Positions 57,301 to 64,000 of a DNA stretch of 64,000 bases are shown one piece after another. Made by a program: the position numbers and the translations under genes. Each line of letters begins with the position of its first letter. The first letter of the stretch is position 1. Origin of the DNA: a virus (taxonomy: Duplodnaviria; Heunggongvirae; Uroviricota; Caudoviricetes); IMG/VR virus record IMGVR_UViG_2974563859_000001. One strand, given 5' to 3'. The notes under the pieces are model-generated. The model ran no database searches. It saw only the letters and a program-made list of their open reading frames with translations, and was not told the DNA's origin.

Positions 57301-60133
57301 TGGTAATAAACTATCTGGTCGTAAAGGGCATAAAAAAAGTAAATCTTCTTCTAATAGAAGATCTTTTTCAATGCCAGATATTATAGATAGAGTATTTAAT
57401 CGTAAAAGTGATTCACTGCATGTCTTTGTAGATGGCGGTTCTCTAGATAAAATCCGAGAAGTAGTTAAGGTTCAGACACATATTAGTGATGGAAACTCTG
57501 CAGTAGAACAAATTGCAGAGTTTAAAAAAAGACGTCAAAATAATGAAAATAGCCTTCTTCAAAACTTAAAAGGTGGTAGAAAGAAAAGAAATAGAAATAA
57601 CCTTACAGGTGAACAGTCTTCTGGTGGAGGTTTTTTAAGCGGAACACTGAGTAATATTGCAGGTGATATTATTGGTGAGGTAATTGGAAATAAAATTGCT
57701 GGACGTGGAGGAAGAGATACTGGTACTAGAGCTGGAAGAAGAGCTGGACGGAGAGGAATCTTTGGTAGAATTGGCGGTCTCTTTAATCGCAATAGAGGTG
57801 GTGCATCTGAAGCTATTGAAGGAGCAACTGATTTAGCACAAAACTCTACTAGAATGGGAAGAAATCAATCAACTGGACGAGGAATTAGAGGTATGTTCAG
57901 TCGAATTGGTGGAGGATTATCTCGTCTAGGTGGACGAGGAATGGCAGGAATTGGTGCTTTAGGTGCTGGTGCAGGATTGGCATCTGGGGGTGCTGGAGTT
58001 GCTCAAGCCGCAACTACAGGCGCATCAGCTACACAGGCGGCTACTACGGCGGCAGGTGCTAGTGGAGTAGCAGGATCGGCTTCTGGAGGCGCTAAAGGAC
58101 TTCTTAGAGGAGCCGGAACAGCACTTAGAGGGGCAGGTAGATTAGCAAAATTCATTCCGGGAGTAGGATTAGTTGCTACAGCAGGAATGGGTGTTATGGA
58201 TGCTATTAATGGCGTTCAGAACGCTAACCAAATATTTGGAACTGAAAAAGCTACTTTAGGACAAAAAGTATCTGCAGGAGCAGGTAGTGTTATAAGTGGA
58301 CTTACATTTGGTTTAGCTGATAAAGAAAAAGTTTCAAAAGGGATTTATGGATTTGGTAACAAGATTAAAGATTTTGGTTCAAAAGCATTAAGTACAGTTA
58401 AGAAAAATCCTTTATTACTCGCCGGAGGTATTGGTGGAGGATTAGGATTAGGTGCTTTAGGACTTTCTAAGATGTTTGGAAAAAAAGAGGATGAAGATCA
58501 AAAAAGAGATGCTGAAAAGGGAGAAAACAGTAAGCAACCTATTAATAAAATCTCTGCTTGGGTCGAAAAACTAGGTAAATTCTTCTCAATTGGTGCTGGT
58601 GGTACATTCTTTAGTGGTATCTGGGGAATGATTACTGGTAAAACAGGTGGTATCTTTGATAAGATTGGTAACTGGTTTAAAGGCTTATTTGGTGGAGGAA
58701 AAGATGATAGTAATTCAGGTGGCGATTCTTATACTGGTAAAATTGGTTCTGGTATTGGAGCACTAGCCGCTAAATATGAGTCTAGTGGTAATGCTGGAAC
58801 GGTAGCAAATAGTTCTGGTGATATTGGTGGGCAATCATTTGGTAAATATCAACTTGCAAGAAATACTGGGTCTTATAAATCTTTTATTAATAAGCTTAGT
58901 GATTATGGTCATGAAGATTGGGAAAAACAATTAAAATCAGCTTATAATAGTACCTCTCAAAGTGCGGCAGTGTGGAAGAAGATATATAAGGAAAATCCAA
59001 AAGAATTTGAAAAAGTTCAAGATCAATATTTTGCAGATCAATATTTTAGACCAGCGGCAGGTAAAATCAAATCTGCAATTGGTTTAGATGTTGGTAAACG
59101 TTCTACAGCTGTTCAAGCGGTATTATTATCTACTGCTGTTCAACATGGAACTGCTGGTGCTGTTAATGTTTGGAAGAATGCACTTGGTAGTAAAGCAAAT
59201 GATATGTCTGATTCTGAAATTATTAATGCAGTTTATAAAGAGCGTGCGGCTAATAATGGTATGAAATATTTCCCTAGTTCTTCTGCCGCTATTCGTAAAG
59301 GTGTTGTGAACCGATTCTCAAGAGAGAAAAAAGATGCATTAGCAATGTTAGCTAAAGATGGTGGAGAAAAAGCAAATACTTCATCTGATAGTGATAAAGA
59401 TACAAAAGATTCTTCATCAACAGGTTCAACAGCGTCTAAGGTTATGAATGATCGCAGTCAATTTTACGATAATCCATTTGACTCAGCTTCTTCAGGTGGA
59501 GGCTATACAAATAGTACAGCAGGTTATGACTCAGCTCCTTCTTCATCATATAAGAGTATTGGTGGATTTAGTCTTGGTTCATCTGCTGGAAAAGCATTAA
59601 CTTCTGGTTCTGCATATGTGGCAAATTTACTTTCAACATCTGATAAAGCAATGGGAGACTTAAGATGGTCAATTGGAAATAATACTATTTCTAAAGCGAA
59701 TAGTATTAAGAATAACTATCTAAATTCCAATTCTTCAAGTAATCCATTTTCTGCATTAGGAATTGGCACTGGAACAACATCAAATATTAAATCGACTGCA
59801 TCAAGTTCATTAGTAAGTCCATTAAGCTCTATTCCAAAACTTTCAAGTTCTTCTTCAGAAAGTAACACTGGAAGTACTATAACTGGAAATGATTTTACTG
59901 AAATGCTTAAGAACTCTGATGAAATTGCTCAAATGCAAAGTATTCTTAAACAAATTAATGAGAACAGCAAACAAGGAAATAGTATTCTGGCTAAGATGCT
60001 TGAAGCCATTATTGATATTAGAGATAATAAAAGTTTTGGTGGAACAACAGTAGTCAATAATACTTCTTCAGGTTCAAATTACAGTTCTTCAAGTATTTCT
60101 CCAGAGACAGATAGTATGTTAAAGGGTTATTAA
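54356..60133 (+). CDS. giant virion protein (1925 aa) with lytic transglycosylase (SLT) domain; putative tape-measure / ejection protein
   Basis: AAKYESSGNAGTVANSSGDIGGQSFGKYQL ... AYNSTSQSA (SLT ES...GxxQ...AYN motifs). Long Gly/Ser/Ala/Arg-rich low-complexity stretches. Confidence 0.65.
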   Translation: MPMRVLPKFVKNVGRSLGRSTASAFGDMMPSMKNSGIDSKNYIAEVYNSSREKVTPNEVKQTYIYKSGQQLINNAIRDLKSGNFYNKERQQQASNDSFKEMFGIDLDNLTNFEDQNKETTKEKDGKTIHNTSNNTQQNVFVNNSDPSTSKSIQQLTTISSSAMKMSHYNSSALSKQISTLIEFQHNNTNRFYTEMSSKMADITRDVSQMTGFLGVMAEVSVGGTRRTQGESMLATLLGLEGFSVSGMKDMYRKKYSNSTGGMKDTFNLVIKPYIDEVVANPIGALTKNAIKLALPRALKSAVGDMDQMFKFLPTMIQGKAKDWEGSDNVFKRNAAKIFGIDLKEDKGFNFSNYEKGKVAFDGVTRRSIVNVIPSLLSKILASVSNNSTHKEELIYDYDKGKFTTRKRVIKEMNSDIKNFTIDNYDLTNYKEQIARENQSKFSSSEELSAFMERVDKALLSMVKNSKMIHGNSKASDISEDEDVANAILNNFKGQTNANKSKYQYDLLSASKAYSDIYRRIEQNESFNNAFDMTKEERIFEPETNKEMARRVKTNIDRFFGVGQGPVENNMSKKNPLYWLTEGIKRVNGKTSEFFYGQDNNEYAYTRPQQPSSNQQNTVNRGSKIRDFASRVVNTGSNAISKLNTRNGLMPERRTSPSIPVISNTEDTSSNNTTRELSNLNQNIEEVNNEISGDRGITRSIFLLNRNIERNNRIMEGRNDEKTSSSTNSTAIRTTNVQNPDLSILPKINDNILHIIALLEAKFSGDGLPVGRIGKFKNIIGSYKDKTLNFFEKLFGRGRSNSGGFFSRTAEKVKGFIGMVFGNSGSRTSLLSKLFGGAMDSIRGANGRQSITSRLLGRDGIITKFVSGTLTTVLDVASKTIPKATKFAGEVTKGFLNFGKSAFSLILGAGKKGLDKAKELRSNRSASRAGRSGNRNIKGMRGLLGLLTSTTGSVIGGAGSLIGGSLSLGMRGISKVGDIASGIGNKLSGRKGHKKSKSSSNRRSFSMPDIIDRVFNRKSDSLHVFVDGGSLDKIREVVKVQTHISDGNSAVEQIAEFKKRRQNNENSLLQNLKGGRKKRNRNNLTGEQSSGGGFLSGTLSNIAGDIIGEVIGNKIAGRGGRDTGTRAGRRAGRRGIFGRIGGLFNRNRGGASEAIEGATDLAQNSTRMGRNQSTGRGIRGMFSRIGGGLSRLGGRGMAGIGALGAGAGLASGGAGVAQAATTGASATQAATTAAGASGVAGSASGGAKGLLRGAGTALRGAGRLAKFIPGVGLVATAGMGVMDAINGVQNANQIFGTEKATLGQKVSAGAGSVISGLTFGLADKEKVSKGIYGFGNKIKDFGSKALSTVKKNPLLLAGGIGGGLGLGALGLSKMFGKKEDEDQKRDAEKGENSKQPINKISAWVEKLGKFFSIGAGGTFFSGIWGMITGKTGGIFDKIGNWFKGLFGGGKDDSNSGGDSYTGKIGSGIGALAAKYESSGNAGTVANSSGDIGGQSFGKYQLARNTGSYKSFINKLSDYGHEDWEKQLKSAYNSTSQSAAVWKKIYKENPKEFEKVQDQYFADQYFRPAAGKIKSAIGLDVGKRSTAVQAVLLSTAVQHGTAGAVNVWKNALGSKANDMSDSEIINAVYKERAANNGMKYFPSSSAAIRKGVVNRFSREKKDALAMLAKDGGEKANTSSDSDKDTKDSSSTGSTASKVMNDRSQFYDNPFDSASSGGGYTNSTAGYDSAPSSSYKSIGGFSLGSSAGKALTSGSAYVANLLSTSDKAMGDLRWSIGNNTISKANSIKNNYLNSNSSSNPFSALGIGTGTTSNIKSTASSSLVSPLSSIPKLSSSSSESNTGSTITGNDFTEMLKNSDEIAQMQSILKQINENSKQGNSILAKMLEAIIDIRDNKSFGGTTVVNNTSSGSNYSSSSISPETDSMLKGY

Positions 60134-60150
60134 TAGAGAGGTGATTTATT

Positions 60151-61176
60151 ATGGCAGATGAACAGCAAAACGTTGATGAACAACAGTCACAGATAATTGG
60201 AGATGAGTTTTTCCAAGAAGGTAACTCTAATTCAGATTCAAAAGGTGGATTTGGAACAAGTGTAGAATATACTGATGGTTTTGAAGCGTTAATTGGATCT
60301 TCTAAGGGTGGTTCTGGTTCTTATGCTACACCTACATGGAATCCATATAAATCAGATAGTGTATTAGGCTTACCTTTATACTACAATGATTTAGCGGATC
60401 CTTCGGGAAGAGTATACAATCAAACCATTATTCAAGATATTCCTAATATATACATGGTTCCCGGAATTCCATCTATTAATAGAAATATGATTGACGTAGC
60501 AGGAAAACGTATTATTCCTGCTACTCTTTCTCGTGCATTAATGGATTTTCAAAATAATCCAAATAGTATTTTTAATTTTGGAGTTAGAGGAGTAAAAAGT
60601 GGTAATGACCTTCGTTTCATAGGGTTTAAAGCAGATTATTCTGAATACTTTAAATATGTACAAACTATGTTAAGTACTATACATTCATATATGGCAATGG
60701 ATGGCATATTTGATTTATATAGATTCTCAGATGACTTTAATAATAGTTTTAAAAATTATGGATTATGTTTTTATGCAGATAAATCTACAACTATTTCTGA
60801 GTCAGCTGATAATACTTATGCGGCTTCTAGAACAGCAGAAATGGTAAGTGAGAAAGCGGCTACTTTAAGGGAAGCAGATTTATTATATCCTACAGGAAGT
60901 ACAACATCTCGTATTGTTGACTCAATTAAAGCGGCTAATCCAATTGGTGTACTAGAATCATTAGGTTCATTTGATGGAATTATCACTCGTACATCAAATG
61001 CATTATTTCGTGTTGTAAATGGATCACAATTAATGTTCCCTGACTTTTGGCAAGATTCTAGATTTGATAAATCTTATAATATTAGTTTCAAATTTTATAG
61101 TCCTTATGGTGATAGAGAAAGTATATTTAGATACGTGTATGTACCTTTTATAGCACTATTAGCATTAGCATTGCCT
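60151..61176 (+). CDS. virion structural protein gene, exon 1
   Basis: The ORF ends at a T followed by intron-initial taa. Intron IGS gggcaat pairs the exon end attgccT. Confidence 0.55.
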
Positions 61177-61617
61177 TAAATGACGGGGCAATTAAAACTC
61201 TTTTAACTGCTGGAACATCCTTAGAGCTTATTAGACTACAACGTGACTGGTGACAGTGAGCGTGAATGTTTAAAAACTAATAAGATTGGACAATCAGCAA
61301 CTAGTTAAAACTTCCACATGGAAGTTACTAGCTCAACGACTATCGAAACCACATCATTTGATGGAAGGAAGTAGAGTACCCCACAAGCGTGGTTACATTT
61401 AGGCATAAATGTAAGTATAGTAAACTAATACTATATGGGAAACAAAGAGCATGATGAAGGCAAAAAGCTGGAGTGAAGATATAGTCTCAACTTCTATGGA
61501 AACATAGAGCATGATGAAGGCAAAAAGCTGGAGTGAAGATATAGTCTCAACTTCTATGGAAACATAGAGCAGTTCATAAGAGAACGCACTGAAGTAGCGA
61601 CTCAGTGGAAGGTTATG
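61177..61617 (+). mobile_element. group I intron 1 (td-like, no ORF) with internal 60-nt tandem duplication
   Basis: taaatgacGGGGCAATtaaaactcttttaactgctgg ... caacgactatcg ... gaagatatagtctca ... gcgactcagtggaaggttatG. Confidence 0.55.
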
Positions 61618-61677
61618 CGTCAAGACGGTTTATTAGGATATCAGCAACCATTCTTTGTAAGAATGTCTCGTCCGGGT
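61618..61677 (+). CDS. proposed 60-nt mini-exon (RQDGLLGYQQPFFVRMSRPG)
   Basis: Open frame between the intron 1 3' end and the intron 2 start (exon ...ccgggT|taactaaatagctcgg; IGS gctcgg pairs ccgggt). Confidence 0.4.
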
Positions 61678-62159
61678 TAACTAAATAGCTCGGCTTATGA
61701 GTAATCATAAGAAACAATCATTCTCTAATTGCTGGAAAGTCTTAACATGTTGTGATGAAGATAATCAGCAGCGAAGATTATTAGTTTTAGATTGTGTAAT
61801 AAAAAATTATATCAATAGTAAAATAAACAAAATAATATAAAAATAATTATTGTAAGATTAATAATATTCCACTTTTAAGAATACCATATAAATATAGGGA
61901 TACTGTTGATATAATTCTAGAAGACTTCTTTACTAATAATAACGTTCAACGACTATCCGAAAGTAATCGTTAGATTATGAGTAGCCTAAAAATAGGCAAT
62001 AGGAGTACGGCTCAAGTGTTTGGAGTGGGTGAAAATCCCTTAAATGGAAACGGGAATCCCCTCTTTAGAGAGGGTGAAGATATAGTCTCATCTCTATGGA
62101 AACATAGAGCAGTTCATAAGAGAACGCATTAGATGTAGCGAATCTAATGGAAGATAATG
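61678..62159 (+). mobile_element. group I intron 2 (td-like, no ORF)
   Basis: caacgactatccgaaag ... ggagtacggctcaag ... gaagatatagtctcatctctatggaaacatagagcagttcataagagaacgcattagatgtagcgaatctaatggaagataatG. Confidence 0.55.
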
Positions 62160-62546
62160 TATTTTGACATAGATATGGGAGTAGTAACAAGCTTGACTAT
62201 TACTAAAGGCGGAGCTGATAGTCTTTGGACAGTTGACGGTCATCCGCAAATGATTGAAGTTAATATGAACGTAGTAGATTTATATCCGCAAATGATTCAA
62301 ATTAAAGATATTGGTTTACTTGCTTATAATTTGGGAATTGCATCATTCTTAGAAAATATGGCAGGAATAAGACCAGACCAATTAAGTTTTCTTAAATTTA
62401 AATCATTAATTAATAGAAAACTATCAAATTCATTATTGTTTACTACTTTCCTTGATGGAGGTTCAGGAATTAAAGATAGAGTTGGTAATAAATTTGCTGA
62501 CTTCTTCTATGAACTACAAGGTAAGTTTAATAATATATTAAGATAA
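62160..62546 (+). CDS. virion structural protein gene, exon 3 (YFDIDMGVVTSL...)
   Basis: In frame with exon 1 and the mini-exon after removal of both introns. Confidence 0.5.
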   Translation, partial: YFDIDMGVVTSLTITKGGADSLWTVDGHPQMIEVNMNVVDLYPQMIQIKDIGLLAYNLGIASFLENMAGIRPDQLSFLKFKSLINRKLSNSLLFTTFLDGGSGIKDRVGNKFADFFYELQGKFNNILR

Positions 62547-62547
62547 A

Positions 62548-62581
62548 TTAAGAAAGAACCTTTATTTAGGTTCTTTCTTAA
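62548..62581 (+). terminator. hairpin terminator
   Basis: ttaagaaagaacc-tttattta-ggttctttcttaa. Confidence 0.55.
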
Positions 62582-62648
62582 TTAATACAATTCTAAATTC
62601 CTAACTTTTAAAGAATATGCCTAACAGATTAATAGAAATTAAATCTGA

Positions 62649-63263
62649 TTGGAGGTAGAATTCTTGGCATTTAAAAAAGGTAGTATTTCACAAACTACCA
62701 AATCGCAAAAAAAGAAATTAGAAAAAATTAAAAATACTGAAATTGAGTTAATAATTAATGAATTAGATGATAATCAAGTAGTTGTTAATATTAACATGAA
62801 TAGCATAATAGAACCATATGTAAGAAATAGATTGGCAGGTAATTCATCACATCTATATGATCCATTAAATACTTATAAGAAACAGATAAGACGAAAATTA
62901 AAAGAACAACTAGAAAATTATGAAAACTTTAAAATGGGAGAAGGTAAAATTACTTTCATTATTGATGTATATACTGTTCCACCTAAGTCATTTACAAAAA
63001 GACAACTAGTATATGCTATATTTAAGAGAATTATAAGACCTATTGTTAAACCAGACTTAGATAATGTTGCTAAAACTGCAATGGATGTTTGTTCTAAATT
63101 ATTTTGGAAAGATGATAATCAAGTAGTAGAACTTAAAGTGAGAAAATTTTATGGGGAAAACCAAGCAACTTATATTAAATTTTACATGGATTTAAAGCCA
63201 GATGAAATTCGGGGAAGAGCAAATGAGGAGGAAAATGAACTATGGAAAACGCTAAATCTTTAG
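62649..63263 (+). CDS. RusA-family Holliday junction resolvase (with N-terminal extension; start uncertain)
   Basis: KPDLDNVAKTAMDVCSKLFWKDDNQVVELKV matches the RusA PD.DN..K...D...DD motif. Confidence 0.5.
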   Translation: MEVEFLAFKKGSISQTTKSQKKKLEKIKNTEIELIINELDDNQVVVNINMNSIIEPYVRNRLAGNSSHLYDPLNTYKKQIRRKLKEQLENYENFKMGEGKITFIIDVYTVPPKSFTKRQLVYAIFKRIIRPIVKPDLDNVAKTAMDVCSKLFWKDDNQVVELKVRKFYGENQATYIKFYMDLKPDEIRGRANEEENELWKTLNL

Positions 63264-63748
63264 CGGATACATCAAAGTATCTCAACCAAAGTGACATTGA
63301 AAATATTGTGAAAGTAAATAAAATTAAAAAGGATATTACTAGTTTTTTTGATATGGATTTATTCATCAATAAGATGAGAGATATTATTGATGAATCTGAA
63401 CATTTTGACTTTAGAAGTAAAACTTCACGATTATATATTGAAAAAGAAAGACCAAATTTTATTTTAAAATATGTATCAGATGAACTAACAAATAAAATTA
63501 ATTCTGTACAAGGTTCTGATCCAGAAGAAACTGAGTCAATTCAAATTGATATTATTACTGAATACATCTTTAATGATGTTATCTCTAAATTTTCTACTTT
63601 TGTTACTGATTGTATTAAAGACACAGAAAAATTAAATGATTTATTTTCAGATATTCCAGATGATATCAAAGATATTCTAATTTCAAATATTTATACAATT
63701 AGACCTGATATCAAGGGAAATAACATTCAAGTACTTTATTTTATTTAA
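63242..63748 (+). CDS. hypothetical protein
   Basis: 168 aa. Confidence 0.45.
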   Translation: MENAKSLADTSKYLNQSDIENIVKVNKIKKDITSFFDMDLFINKMRDIIDESEHFDFRSKTSRLYIEKERPNFILKYVSDELTNKINSVQGSDPEETESIQIDIITEYIFNDVISKFSTFVTDCIKDTEKLNDLFSDIPDDIKDILISNIYTIRPDIKGNNIQVLYFI

Positions 63749-63776
63749 TAAAAAAGATTACAGGGGGTTTTCATAA

Positions 63777-64000
63777 TGTGGAAACAAGCATTAAAATTAA
63801 AAGGTACAAAAGATTTAATTGATGAAGAAATTATTAACTTAGATGATGTAATTCTAACAAAACCTGTTTACAATAAAGTAAAGAATACTATTGAAAAAGC
63901 AATTGCACGCAATGAATTAGTTACTACTAATTTAAAAGGAGTAGGAAAGACAACTGCTGTTATTAAATTAGCTAAGAAGTATGATCTGAGTGTAGTTACT
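63777..64000 (+). CDS. P-loop ATPase, N-terminal fragment (runs off window)
   Basis: GVGKTTAVIKLAKKYD Walker A. Confidence 0.4.

Noticed and set aside
61399-61623. 74-aa minus-strand ORF with an internally repeated peptide
   Set aside because: It lies entirely inside a group I intron. Its repeat is the translation of the 60-nt tandem duplication. No RBS.

Overview
This is an AT-rich (about 28% GC) window of densely packed phage DNA. Strong AGGAGG-type ribosome-binding sites, hairpin terminators and a GH25+LysM endolysin point to a large virulent phage of a Gram-positive (Bacillus-like) host. It resembles the PBS1/AR9/phiKZ-type jumbo phages that encode their own multisubunit RNA polymerase from split genes.

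Recognisable content:
- Split genes for RNA polymerase beta-prime: an N-terminal gene on the minus strand at 5252-10205, and a separate C-terminal gene at 14847-16742.
- An RNA polymerase beta N-terminal gene on the minus strand at 36121-42445.
- A family B DNA polymerase C-terminal fragment.
- SbcC-like ATPase, SF2 helicase, DHH phosphoesterase, RusA resolvase, HAD nucleotidase and MazG-like NTP pyrophosphatase.
- NADAR/YbiA protein, SPFH/band-7 protein and an HU-like DNA-binding protein.
- A virion module with endolysin, beta-helix tail spike, fibre-like proteins and a 1925-aa protein with an SLT domain.
- A large block of small ORFs of unknown function (24.9-34.3 kb).

The most unusual signal is a family of at least seven closely related phage-type (T4 td-like, IA2) group I introns sharing conserved core blocks. 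They interrupt the beta-prime gene, the beta gene (four introns, with two proposed micro-exons of 78 and 15 nt) and a structural gene on the plus strand (two introns around a 60-nt mini-exon). Four homing-endonuclease genes accompany them: three zinc-finger-repeat plus Vsr/EDxHD-like paralogs and one HNH-AP2. Every splice junction given here is inferred from homology, P1 (exon-IGS) pairing and reading frame; none has been confirmed by RNA data.

A recurring AAATATATATTATTA motif lies 33-54 nt upstream of several genes, with one further site about 85 nt upstream, and looks like a phage promoter.
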